Origin: a bacterium
Lineage (GTDB): Bacteria; JADJOY01
NCBI GenBank assembly: GCA_046331705.1
Contig: JAXLQJ010000007.1
Location: 124,001 to 188,000 of the forward strand
DNA length: 64,000 bases
Reading direction: 5' to 3'
The notes under the pieces were generated by a model. That model was not told where the DNA came from. It worked only from the letters and a program-made list of their open reading frames with translations, and did no database searches. This document shows positions 1-12,415 of the stretch, one piece after another. Each line of letters starts with the position of its first letter. The stretch's first letter is position 1. A program made the translations under genes and the position numbers.

Positions 1-198
1 GGGCTTGCGCAGCTTGCGCAACGCCACGGGCGAGGGCCCGGGATCGAGCAAGAAGGCCTTGCCGATGACGATGCCGGGCGCGACCCCGATACCGTGCAGC
101 ACGATCGGCTCGCGCGCGAAGCTCGGCTTGTTCGCCGGCCGCGCGCGAGGCTGGGCCTTGCGCCTGCGCTGCTTAACGGTCTTCGCCGAAGCGGGCAT
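1..198 (-). CDS. ptsI: PEP-protein phosphotransferase (PTS enzyme I), N-terminal part, truncated by window edge
   Basis: Not in the ORF track; I translated it from ATG at 198: MPASAKTVKQRRRK...LHGIGVAPGIVIGKAFLL, matching the EI N-terminal motif; directly downstream of HPr. Confidence 0.8.
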   Translation of the reverse strand, partial: MPASAKTVKQRRRKAQPRARPANKPSFAREPIVLHGIGVAPGIVIGKAFLLDPGPSPVALRKLRKP

Positions 199-448
199 CG
201 ATCAGTTCCTTCAAGGCGTTCATCGCCTGAGCGGCATCGTCGCCCTCGGCCTGCACGCGCAGCGGGCTACCGCATGGCGCAGCCAGGATCATCAGGTTCA
301 TGATGCTCTTGCCGTTGGCCGCCTCACCACGGTGGTGGACGGTGATCTTCGCCTTGAACCGGCTGGCCGTCTGGACGAACAGCGCGGCGGCGCGCGCGTG
401 CAGGCCCTTCTGGTTCCTGAGCGTGAGCGTCTCCTCGACCGCTTTCAC
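173..448 (-). CDS. ptsH: HPr phosphocarrier protein
   Basis: GLHARAAA (His15) and NGKSIMNLM (Ser46) motifs, 91 aa. Confidence 0.95.
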   Translation of the reverse strand: MKAVEETLTLRNQKGLHARAAALFVQTASRFKAKITVHHRGEAANGKSIMNLMILAAPCGSPLRVQAEGDDAAQAMNALKELIDARFGEDR

Positions 449-870
449 CGAGCGTCTCCGACTGCATGCTTGCGCTGGGCCAAGACCTCGCTCGCGAGCT
501 GAATGTGTCGCTTGCCGTATTCCTTGAGCTGAGTCCCCAGCTCGGCGAGCGTACGCCCCGTCCGCGAGGTACTAATCTTCATCAACATCGGTAGATTCAC
601 TCCGGATAGCACATCGACTCGCCCTTCTTCGAGAAACGAGAGGCTCACGTTGGTCGAGGTGCCGCCGAAGAGGTCCGTGAGCACGAGCACGCCATGGCCC
701 GCCTCGACCGATTGGATCGCCGCCTCGATCGTGGGCCGGATCTGATGCAGCGCCGCCTCGGGCGGCACCTCCACCGCCACGAAGCGCTCGAGCGGCCCCA
801 CGATGGACTCGACGGCGCTCTTGAGCTCGACGCCCAATCGGCCATGGGCCACGATCACGATTCCGACCAC
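445..870 (-). CDS. PTS mannose/fructose-family EIIA component
   Basis: GIVIVAHG...GVLVLTDLFGGTSTN...GVNLPML; GTG start at 870 chosen inside ORF 445..1152. Confidence 0.9.
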   Translation of the reverse strand: MVGIVIVAHGRLGVELKSAVESIVGPLERFVAVEVPPEAALHQIRPTIEAAIQSVEAGHGVLVLTDLFGGTSTNVSLSFLEEGRVDVLSGVNLPMLMKISTSRTGRTLAELGTQLKEYGKRHIQLASEVLAQRKHAVGDAR

Positions 871-886
871 GTCGCGCTCCCGCCTC

Positions 887-1759
887 TCACGTCGTCGCCG
901 CGGGCACCGCGTCCCGATGGCGGACCGAAAACTTACACGATTCGACGTCCTTGAGACGCTCGCCGAGCGCCTCCACGATCGCCACCGAGCGGTGCTTGCC
1001 GCCGGTGCAGCCCACGGCGATCGAGACCAGGTGCTTCCCCTCGCGGTGGTAGCGCGGCAGCAGGAAGCGCAGCAACCCCTCGACGTGGGCGAGGAAGGCC
1101 TCGGCCTCGCCGCCGCGAAACACGAAGGTTCGCACCCGCGGCTCCCGCCCATCGTGGTCGCGCAGCTCGGCCTCGTAGTGCGGATTGGGCAGGAACCGCA
1201 CGTCGAACACCACGTCGGCGTCCTGCGGCAGGCCGTTGCGGAAGCCGAACGACACCAACGCGACCTCGAGCGCCGGAATGCGATCGCGGCCGAACTCTTC
1301 CTGAACGATGCGGCGCAGCGCGTGGACGTTGAGCGAGGAGGTGTCGATCACCCGCTGCGCCATCGCCCGGAACTCGCCCAGCAGCAACCGCTCGTGGGCG
1401 ACGCCGTTCACGATCGACGAGGAGTCGAGGGGATGCGCGCGGCGTACCTCGCGGAAGCGCCGCACCAGGCCCTCCTCACTGCATTCCAGGAAGACCACGG
1501 TGAGCGACGAGACCTCGTCGCGCACGGCGCGCAGCTCGTCGGGAGCGCTGCCCAGGAAGCTCCCCTCGCGGACGTCCATCACCACCAGCACGCGCTCGAG
1601 CTGGGGGCTCGAGCCCTTCGCCAGCTGCACGAAGTCACCGAGCAGCGGCGCCGGCAGGTTGTCGACGCAGTAGTAACCGAGGTCCTCGAACGCCTTGGCG
1701 ACGGTCGTCTTCCCCGAGCCGGAGAGCCCGGTCACGACCACGAGGTTCAGCCCTTCCAC
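887..1759 (-). CDS. rapZ: RNase adapter RapZ (YhbJ/YvcJ P-loop protein)
   Basis: TGLSGSGKT, YYCVDNLP, DVRFLPNPHY, GCTGGKHRSV; GTG start at 1759. Confidence 0.95.
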   Translation of the reverse strand: MEGLNLVVVTGLSGSGKTTVAKAFEDLGYYCVDNLPAPLLGDFVQLAKGSSPQLERVLVVMDVREGSFLGSAPDELRAVRDEVSSLTVVFLECSEEGLVRRFREVRRAHPLDSSSIVNGVAHERLLLGEFRAMAQRVIDTSSLNVHALRRIVQEEFGRDRIPALEVALVSFGFRNGLPQDADVVFDVRFLPNPHYEAELRDHDGREPRVRTFVFRGGEAEAFLAHVEGLLRFLLPRYHREGKHLVSIAVGCTGGKHRSVAIVEALGERLKDVESCKFSVRHRDAVPAATT

Positions 1760-2706
1760 GAGCGGCCCTTCCCGCGGATCGCGCGCATCACCTTCTGCTC
1801 GAAGCGGATGGCCGAGTGGTGCCCCATGTTCTTGAGCGCCTGGTTGCGCGCCGCCACCTCGAGGATGGTGCCCAGGTTCCGCCCCGGGCTCACCGGCACC
1901 GCGACCGAGGGCAGCGCCACACCGAGGATTTCGCGCGTGCCCTCGTCGACGCCGAGCCGGTCGATGGGCGTCTCGACACGCCACGGCACCAGGTCCACCA
2001 CAAGCCCCACGTCGCTCTTGTCCTGCACCGCCGCGGGGCCGAAGAGATCCAGCAGGTTGAGGATGCCGAGGCCGCGGATCTCCAGGTGGTGGCGCGCGAT
2101 CTCCGGACCGGACCCGACGATCCGGTTGCCCACGCGGCGCAGCTCGACCAGGTCGTCCGCCACCAGCCGATGCCCGCGCAGCACCAGCTCGAGCACCGCC
2201 TCGCTCTTGCCGACCCCGCTCTCGCCGAGGATCAAGAGGCCGATGTCGTAGACCTGCGCCAGCCCGCCGTGGACTCGCATCGAGGGCGCGAGCCGATGGG
2301 CCAGGTACGCCTCGAGAGCGCTCGCGACCTCGCCGGTGGAGAGCGACGTGACCACCACCGCGAGCCCGGCGCGGCCGAGATCGCGGAGCCACGGCGCGGG
2401 GACGCGACCGCCCTCCGTCAGCACCAGCACCGGCACCCGCGCCTCGGCCAGCTTGCGCGCCTGCGCTGCCAGCGAAGCCGCGTCCAGCCCCGCCAGGTAG
2501 CCAGCCTCGGTCGCGCCCGCGAGCGTGACGGAGTCGTCCCGCAGGTGCGCGGTGTAGCCACTCGCCGCCAGCCCCAGGCGCTGGATCATCGGCGAGGTGA
2601 TCGCGCGCGACAGCCCCTTGCGGCCCGCCTTGAGCGAGAGCGCGAGCTCCGAGCTGCGCCCCCAGTTGAGGAGCTCGGCGATCTCGAGCGGGCTCGGCTC
2701 GGTCAT
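1747..2706 (-). CDS. hprK: HPr kinase/phosphorylase
   Basis: GESGVGKSE..LELVLRGHRLVADD, HHLEIRGLGI, PVSPGRN. Confidence 0.95.
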   Translation of the reverse strand: MTEPSPLEIAELLNWGRSSELALSLKAGRKGLSRAITSPMIQRLGLAASGYTAHLRDDSVTLAGATEAGYLAGLDAASLAAQARKLAEARVPVLVLTEGGRVPAPWLRDLGRAGLAVVVTSLSTGEVASALEAYLAHRLAPSMRVHGGLAQVYDIGLLILGESGVGKSEAVLELVLRGHRLVADDLVELRRVGNRIVGSGPEIARHHLEIRGLGILNLLDLFGPAAVQDKSDVGLVVDLVPWRVETPIDRLGVDEGTREILGVALPSVAVPVSPGRNLGTILEVAARNQALKNMGHHSAIRFEQKVMRAIRGKGRSWKG

Positions 2707-2822
2707 CGTGCCTCACGCGCCGCGCGCGCGCCGCGTCGAGGACGGGAGCGGCTCGTCGCACGCCCCGAGCGCTCCTCGGCGGCGCTCGCGGCGGCGGGCT
2801 CGATCGGGTTCGCGCGCCTCAT
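2703..2822 (-). CDS. possible 39-aa small ORF bridging ptsN and hprK
   Basis: ATG immediately after ptsN TAG; its TGA overlaps the hprK ATG (ATGA); MRRANPIEPAAASAAEERSGRATSRSRPRRGARAAREAR. Confidence 0.3.
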   Translation of the reverse strand: MRRANPIEPAAASAAEERSGRATSRSRPRRGARAAREAR

Positions 2823-3293
2823 CTAGCTCACGTCGTCCGCGTGGCAGAGCACGTTCCAGAGCTCGTCGCCCGAGGTCGCGGCGAGCAGCGCCGCGCGCAC
2901 GTCCGCGTTGCGCAGCACGCGGGCGACCCGCGCCAACGCCTTCAAGTGCAGCGGAAGCGCGGCCGGGGAATCCGGCGCGGCGAGCACGAAGAAGAGGTGC
3001 GAGCGCTCGCCGCTCGGCGCGCCGAACGCGACCCCCTCCCGGCTCCGCGCGAAGCATCCCACGATGCGCGGCAAGCCCAGCAGCTTGGCGTGCGGGATCG
3101 CCACACCGTGCTCGAGCCCGGTGCTCGGCCCCAGGGTCTCGCGAAGCTCGAGAGCGCGATGGAGCGCGTCCGCCGCGACACCGGGGAAATCGCGCGCCAG
3201 GCACTCGGCCAGCTCGCGCAGCACCTCGGACTTGGTGGTGCCCGCGAGATCGGCGATCACGCGCTTCGGCTCGAGCAGCTCGGCGATTCGCAT
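2823..3293 (-). CDS. ptsN: PTS EIIA (Ntr-type)
   Basis: RE..GPSTGLEHGVAIPHAK, HLKALARVAR; downstream of rpoN. Confidence 0.9.
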   Translation of the reverse strand: MRIAELLEPKRVIADLAGTTKSEVLRELAECLARDFPGVAADALHRALELRETLGPSTGLEHGVAIPHAKLLGLPRIVGCFARSREGVAFGAPSGERSHLFFVLAAPDSPAALPLHLKALARVARVLRNADVRAALLAATSGDELWNVLCHADDVS

Positions 3294-3387
3294 CAGCCCT
3301 CGGTTCGACCGGCGACGCCGGGCCCGGCGGTTCGTGGACCGGCGTTATGCCGTCCGGCGCGGCCTACGACAAGGGGTGAACCCGCCC

Positions 3388-3422
3388 ATCCGCGCGACCT
3401 CGGGGCCGAGCGCGGCGCGGAT
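3388..3422 (-). terminator. GC-rich hairpin directly after rpoN
   Basis: ATCCGCGC...GCGCGGAT outer stem with inner CTCGG/CCGAG stem; no U-tract. Confidence 0.35.
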
Positions 3423-5002
3423 CAGGTGTAACGCTTGCGCTTGGCCGACGAGAGCAATCCCAGCATCTCGCGGTACTTCGTCACGGTGCGCCGCGCGATG
3501 TCCATGCCGTGCTTGTCCTTGAGGATCTGCACGATGCGCTGGTCGCTGAGCGGTCGCTCGGCGTCCTCGGCAGCGATGAGCTGACGGATCTTTTCCTTGA
3601 CGCTCTCGGCCGCGAAGCCGTCGCCGCCGTCCACGCTCTGAATGCTGGTGTTGAAGAAGTACTTGAGCTCGAAGATCCCTTGCGGCGTGTGGACGTATTT
3701 GTTGGTGGTGACCCGGCTCACGGTCGATTCGTGCATGCCGATGTCGTCGGCCACGTCCTTGAGCACCATCGGTCGCAGGTGCTCGACGCCGTGCTCCAGG
3801 AAGTCGGTCTGGAAGCGGACGATGCTCTCGGTGACCTTGAAGATGGTGCGGCGCCGCTGCTCGATGCTCTTGATGAGCCACTGGGCGTTCTTGAGCTTTT
3901 CCTTGATGTAGTCGCGCGCTTCCTTGTTCGACGAGTCGCGGTCGAGGACCTGGCGGTAATACGAGCTGACGCGCAGCTTCGGCAGGCCGTCGTCGTTGAG
4001 CTGGACGACGAACTCGTCCCCGACCTTGTGGATGTAGATGTCGGGAGTGATGTAGCGCGGCGCGTCGCCCGAGTAGGTGCGCGCGGGCTTGGGATTGAGC
4101 GACTGAAGGCGCTTGAGCTCCTCGAAGACCCGCTCGGGAGGCACGTCGAGCGCCTTGGCGATCTGCTTGTAGCGGCGGCGCTCGAGGTCGGGCAGATGGT
4201 TCTCGATGATGGCGATCAGATGGGTCGCCTCGGGCATGCGGACGCGCGCCTGAACCAGCAGGCATTCGCGCAGGTCGCGAGCGCCCACGCCCAGCGGGTC
4301 GAAGAGCTGGATGCGCAGCAGCACCCGCAGCACCTCGTCCTCGGGCACGTCGAGGCGCGCGGCGATGCTGGCCACGTCGTCGGCGAGGTAGCCGTTCGGG
4401 TCGAGGTTGCCGACGATCTCGGCGCCGATCCGCTCGTCGAGCTCGCTCGGCATCTCGAGCCTGAGCTGCTCGAGGAGGTGGTCGGCGAGCGCGGAGGGAC
4501 GCGTGAGCATGCTCTCGAACGACGGCCGGTCCTCGTCGGATTCCGACTCGCGAGCCGGCGCGAAGCTCTCGGACGTGAAGCTCGCGTTCAGGTACTCCCG
4601 CCAGTCGATGTCGTCGGAGGGCTCGGAGTCGCCGGCGGCGCTGGGTGGCTCGGCTTCCGCCGTGGGCAGGAACTCGTCCGTCGCCGGCAGCGCCCCGTCG
4701 GCCACATCCGAGAGATCGCCGAAGTCCTGCGCCTCGGCCGCGGTGGTGTCGGGGGCCTCCGGCGGCTCCGGCACGTCGCTCGGCTCGCCTTCGTTGCCCT
4801 CCCGGAGCTCGATCGAGCTCAGCTCGTCGGGGGCCTCGAGCGTCGCCGCCTCCTCCAGCGCGGGATTGGATTCCAGCTCCTGCTGGATGGTTTCCGCCAG
4901 CTCGAGGCGCGAGAGCTGCAGCAGCTTGATCGCCTGCTGGAGCTGGGGCGTCATCACCAGCGTCTGGGTCTGCTTGAGATGAAGGCGAAGCTCGAGGCTC
5001 AT
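3422..5002 (-). CDS. rpoN: RNA polymerase sigma-54 factor
   Basis: MTPQLQQAIKLLQLS, HESTVSRVTTNKY, RpoN box ARRTVTKYRE. Confidence 0.98.
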   Translation of the reverse strand: MSLELRLHLKQTQTLVMTPQLQQAIKLLQLSRLELAETIQQELESNPALEEAATLEAPDELSSIELREGNEGEPSDVPEPPEAPDTTAAEAQDFGDLSDVADGALPATDEFLPTAEAEPPSAAGDSEPSDDIDWREYLNASFTSESFAPARESESDEDRPSFESMLTRPSALADHLLEQLRLEMPSELDERIGAEIVGNLDPNGYLADDVASIAARLDVPEDEVLRVLLRIQLFDPLGVGARDLRECLLVQARVRMPEATHLIAIIENHLPDLERRRYKQIAKALDVPPERVFEELKRLQSLNPKPARTYSGDAPRYITPDIYIHKVGDEFVVQLNDDGLPKLRVSSYYRQVLDRDSSNKEARDYIKEKLKNAQWLIKSIEQRRRTIFKVTESIVRFQTDFLEHGVEHLRPMVLKDVADDIGMHESTVSRVTTNKYVHTPQGIFELKYFFNTSIQSVDGGDGFAAESVKEKIRQLIAAEDAERPLSDQRIVQILKDKHGMDIARRTVTKYREMLGLLSSAKRKRYT

Positions 5003-5078
5003 CAGGTGCGCCCAGTCGAGGGGTTCGAGAGCGTGTTCATTCGAGGCGGCGGGGCCCTACGCCCCGGCACATGCCGTG

Positions 5079-5120
5079 AGTCTAGCACTGCCCGCAGCCG
5101 AGCGTGCAATGTGTATGCCT
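5079..5120 (-). promoter_or_regulatory. sigma-54 -24/-12 site overlapping a sigma-70-like promoter upstream of rpoN
   Basis: Minus strand AGGCATACACATTGCA (GG-N10-GC) at 5120..5105; TTGCAC (5109..5104) and TGc-TAGACT (5087..5079), 19-nt spacer. Confidence 0.6.
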
Positions 5121-5258
5121 TCCCGCAGAATTGCCGTACTTTGCGAATAATCCAGTGCTATTGATGATGTTCGGCGCACCGGGGCGGTGGGCCGTGCAAT
5201 CGCGACGGGCCAGGATGCCAGGGTCCTGGCACGACCGTCACGCAATTTGCATCCGCCC

Positions 5259-6031
<773 letters not shown>

Positions 6032-6035
<4 letters not shown>

Positions 6036-7147
6036 CTCCCACCTCGCGGGCTCGGCAGCACTTGCAGCGGCGCGCTGCCGCCCGGTCCGAGATTCGAGTT
6101 CACGAAGGTCTCGACGCGACTCGAGGGCGCTCCCAGGCAGCGCAGCTCGTCGCGCCCCTGGTCATACTCGATGCGCTGGCAGCGCAGCTCGTCCTTGTCG
6201 TGGCGCGCGATGGCCGGCTTGCCAGTCAGCACGACGCGCTGGTTCGCGCGCTGGAAGTCCCCGGTGTCCGCGCTCACGCTGCGCCCCGTCTGCACGATCT
6301 CGACGCCGCCTCGTGCCATCGCCGAATCCACTTCCTTGTTGTTCGCGTCGAATCGGATCACCAGCTCCTGACAGCTCAGCGTCACGTCGCCGCGGGTCGC
6401 GACGACGCTGCCCGTGTACGTGGCGACGTGCTCGTTGCGGCGCGCGTCGAAGCGTTCGGCGCGTACCATCAGGGGAAGCTTGGGGTCCGACTTCGCCGCG
6501 GCCTTGGGCGCGCCGCTCGCGCGCGGCGCTGCACCGAGCTCGGGTGGCCCGAAGTCCAGCGTGCTGGTGCCGTTCGACTGGATCGTGGTGCGCACCGGCC
6601 GCTCGGTGGCGCCTTCCACGAACATGCGTTGCTCGGCGAGGAAGATCTTGGCGCGATCGCCCCGGATCTCGTTCTCGCCCTGCCAGATGCGCACGTCCTT
6701 GCTGAGCGTGATGGTCTGGCGCTCGCGCGCGAGCTCGGCGAGGCCGGCGGTGGCCACCCGATCGGCCGAGTTGAACTTGACGTTCCCCTCGCAGGTTCCT
6801 TCGCGGATCTGGTTGTCCTCGGTGTAGCGCAAGGTCAGCACGTCGCAGGCGAGCTTGGTATCCGCCTGCGTCGCCTCGACGTTGCCCTCGTAGCGCAGCG
6901 TGCGGCTCGCGTTCTGCAGCAGGAACGAGCCCGCGCGGATCTCGATCGGCCCACCCTTCGACGAGAAGAGCTCCCCGGCGAGGAACCCGCCTCCCGATTC
7001 GGTCGCAGCCGCTGCCGGGGGCGGCGTGCTCGGTGCGCGGGCGGCGGGCGCCTGGGCGCGAGCGAGCGCCGCCGGCAGGATCGCGACGGCAAACAGGACG
7101 GTGCACCGTGCCCTGCACCACGCGATGGAGCGTCGGCTCGAGCTCAT
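6032..7147 (-). CDS. lptA: LptA/OstA-family periplasmic protein with two tandem LptA-like domains
   Basis: Signal peptide; two repeats ([26 protein letters not shown] and [26 protein letters not shown]); lies between lptC and lptB. Confidence 0.8.
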
Positions 7148-7791
7148 CCCGTCACCGGACGCGGCTGGCGCGGACGGGGTTTGGCGCGGGTCGGCGATCC
7201 GCCTGCAGGCGCCGATCCCGCGTCCTCGCTCGCCGCGGCCCGCGCCTTGGGCTCGATGCGCGTGTAGACCGCGCTACGCAGCCGCATCGCCTGCGCCTCG
7301 ACGTCCACGTCGAGGCCGGTACCGGTCACCTCGATCCCGCGCCCCACGATCTTGACGGGATCGTCCGAGGTGATCCGGTGCGCCTGCGACGAATAGTGCG
7401 CGGTGTCCGTGCGCAGCGACATGTCCGCGGACGTCACGGTCACGTTGCCGCTCAGATCGATCTCCCAGGCGTCGGTGTCGGCGTCGGCGCGCTCGCTGGT
7501 CATGACGAGCTCGCCCTCGCCGCTCGAACGATAGACGATCTTCACGTCGGTGCAGCTCGCACGCTTGGTCTCCTCCGAGGATCGGCACGCGCCGAGCCAG
7601 AGGTCCCACGCCTGCGCCGGGTCCGTCAGGTGGATCTTCTGGCCGAGCGCCTCGGCCGCCTTGAGCCCAGCGGACCGCGCCAGGTCGCTCGCGGTCTCGT
7701 TTCGCTCGGGCATCACCACGGCCAGCACCAGGATCACGGCGAGCAGGCCGCTGGCGCCCAGCAACAACGCCTTCCATCGTCTCTGGTTCAT
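7144..7791 (-). CDS. lptC: LPS export protein LptC
   Basis: Single N-terminal TM, then LSGNVTV..LRTD..Y..ITSDDPVKI.G..VTGTGL; synteny. Confidence 0.8.
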   Translation of the reverse strand: MNQRRWKALLLGASGLLAVILVLAVVMPERNETASDLARSAGLKAAEALGQKIHLTDPAQAWDLWLGACRSSEETKRASCTDVKIVYRSSGEGELVMTSERADADTDAWEIDLSGNVTVTSADMSLRTDTAHYSSQAHRITSDDPVKIVGRGIEVTGTGLDVDVEAQAMRLRSAVYTRIEPKARAAASEDAGSAPAGGSPTRAKPRPRQPRPVTG

Positions 7792-7822
7792 GGTGCGGGA
7801 TGCCCGGGGTCGCGAGCGCGCC

Positions 7823-8836
7823 CTACGCCACTCCCGCGCGCAGCAGATCGTGCAGGTGCAGCACCCCCATCACCCGCCGAGGCTGACGCGGATGGCGCAC
7901 CAGCAACACCGTGATCTGGTGGTGCTCGAGGACCCGCAGCGCCTCGCCCGCGAGCACGTCGGGCTCGACGCATTTCGGGTGCGGCGTCATCACGTCGCCG
8001 GCGCGCAGCTCGAGAACGTCCCGATGGCGCTCGAGCGCGCGCCGCAGGTCGCCATCGGTCAGGATCCCGCACAGCCGGTCGCGCGCGTCGACGACGGCCG
8101 CCGCCCCCAGGTGCTTGGCCGTGATCTCGACGATCACGTCGCGCATCGACGAATCGAGCCGCACCTTCGGGATCGTCTCGCCCACGTGCATCAGGTCGGA
8201 CACCTTCAGGAAGAGCTGCCGGCCGAGGCTTCCCCCCGGGTGGCGGACGGCGAAGTCCTCGGGGCGGAAGCCGCGCTCGACGAGCAGCGCCATGGCCAGC
8301 GCGTCGCCCATCGCCAGCGCGGCGGTGGTGCTCGCCGTCGGAGCGAGCCCGAGCGGGCACGCCTCCACGTCCACGCTCACGTCGAGAACGACGTCGCCGG
8401 CGCGGGCGAGGCTCGACGCGACTCCGCCAGTCATCACCACCAGCGGGCAGCCGAGACGCTTGATCACCGGCAGGATCCGCACCAGCTCCTCGGTCTCGCC
8501 GCTGTTCGAGAGCCCCACCACCACGTCCTGGCGGGTGAGCATCCCGAGGTCGCCGTGCTGCGCTTCCGCTGGGTGCAGGAAGAACGCGGGCGTGCCGGTG
8601 CTGGCGAGCGTGGAGGCGATCTTCCGGCCCACCAGGCCGGATTTCCCCATGCCGCTCACGGCGACCTTGCCCTTGCACGCGCGCACGATCTCCACGGCGC
8701 GCGTGAACGACTCGTCGAGACGCCCGGCGAGCGCCTGGAGGGCGCGCGCTTCGATCTCGAGCACGCGCCGTCCCTCGACGAGCGCCTGTGGGCTCCGCGC
8801 GCGGCCGGATCGTCGCTCGGGCGGATGGCGGGGCAC
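7823..8836 (-). CDS. kdsD: arabinose-5-phosphate isomerase (KpsF/GutQ, SIS + CBS domains)
   Basis: GMGKSGLVGRKIASTLASTGTP, EACPLGLAPTAST, HPGGSLG; GTG at 8836 preceded by GAGGGAGG. Confidence 0.93.
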   Translation of the reverse strand: MPRHPPERRSGRARSPQALVEGRRVLEIEARALQALAGRLDESFTRAVEIVRACKGKVAVSGMGKSGLVGRKIASTLASTGTPAFFLHPAEAQHGDLGMLTRQDVVVGLSNSGETEELVRILPVIKRLGCPLVVMTGGVASSLARAGDVVLDVSVDVEACPLGLAPTASTTAALAMGDALAMALLVERGFRPEDFAVRHPGGSLGRQLFLKVSDLMHVGETIPKVRLDSSMRDVIVEITAKHLGAAAVVDARDRLCGILTDGDLRRALERHRDVLELRAGDVMTPHPKCVEPDVLAGEALRVLEHHQITVLLVRHPRQPRRVMGVLHLHDLLRAGVA

Positions 8837-8864
8837 GCGTGACCTCCCTCGGGCGGCGGGGCGT

Positions 8865-11338
<2,474 letters not shown>

Positions 11339-12076
11339 TCACGCCATCGCGGCGCGCACCCGCTCCAGATCTTCAGGCGTGTCGACCCCGATCGTGCGGT
11401 GCGAGGTGATCCCCACTCCGATCGCGATCCCGTTCTCGAGAAAGCGCAGCTGCTCGAGCGATTCGAGCGATTCGAGCGGCCCACGCGAGAGCGCGACGAA
11501 GCGCGCGAGCGCCGCGCGGCGGAACGCGTAGATGCCGACGTGTCCGTGGTGGCGCTCGCCGAGCGCGCCGCCGCCGGCTCGGTCGTAGGGAATCGGCGCG
11601 CGCGAGAAATAGAGCGCGCGACCGGCTCGATCCATCACCACCTTCACCACGCTCGGATCGGCGAGCTGCTCCGCCGAGCCCAAGCGGAACGCGAGCGTCG
11701 CGACCGCGAGCTCGTGGCCGTCGCGGCGCTCGAGCAGCGTCGTCACCACCTGGTCCACTTGCGCGGGGTCGAGCTCCGGCTCGTCGCCCTGGACGTTGAC
11801 GATCACCTCGGCGTCGCTGGCGCGGGCCGCCTCCTCGACGCGATCGGTGCCGGACGCGTGACTCGGCGAGGTCCACGCCACGTGCGCTCCGAACCCTCGC
11901 GCCACGGCGGCGATTCGTTCGTCATCGGTGGCGATCCACACGTCGTCGACTTCTTTCGCACGCCGCGCGCGCTGCCACACGTGCTCGATCATGGGACGTC
12001 CTGCGATCTCCGCCAACGCCTTGCCCGGCAAACGCGTCGAGCCCCAGCGCGCCGGGATCACCGCGAGACGCTTCAC
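11339..12076 (-). CDS. kdsB: CMP-KDO synthetase
   Basis: IPARWGSTRLPGK, SGTDR, VNVQGDEP, LYFSRAPIP, LEQLRFLE. Confidence 0.96.
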   Translation of the reverse strand: MKRLAVIPARWGSTRLPGKALAEIAGRPMIEHVWQRARRAKEVDDVWIATDDERIAAVARGFGAHVAWTSPSHASGTDRVEEAARASDAEVIVNVQGDEPELDPAQVDQVVTTLLERRDGHELAVATLAFRLGSAEQLADPSVVKVVMDRAGRALYFSRAPIPYDRAGGGALGERHHGHVGIYAFRRAALARFVALSRGPLESLESLEQLRFLENGIAIGVGITSHRTIGVDTPEDLERVRAAMA

Positions 12077-12221
12077 GGCGCCCCTCCCGGCTCACAGCCG
12101 CGGAACGCACGGGCGGCGCCGCCTCGAAAGCCCGTTGGACCGGGCCCAAAGGCGTCCCGTGCACGTCGACTTGGCATCAATGAGGGAGGCTCGGTTCCGT
12201 GGCCCGCGCGAAACCGCGGCG

Positions 12222-12249
12222 AGCATACCAGGCACCGGAGTCGCGTCAA
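12222..12249 (-). promoter_or_regulatory. sigma-70-like promoter for the kdsB-pyrG operon
   Basis: Minus strand TTGACG-N16-TATGCT with TG extension. Confidence 0.55.
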
Positions 12250-12415
12250 CCCACGCTTTTCACGCGCTGTCGTTGCGCTCGCCGCGCCCACGCGCGGCGC
12301 GGCGCGGAGCCCGTCTCGCGCGTGAGCTCCGAGCGCGCTCCTAGGCGTCGCTTTCGCCGCCGCGCTATCGTCCGGCCCTTTCGATCCCGCCCGCTCGACG
12401 GTCGCGAGGTCCCTC

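Noticed and set aside
5226-5251. Plus-strand TGGCACG...TTGC as a sigma-54 promoter
   Set aside because: Spacing is not GG-N10-GC and it points antisense into lptB
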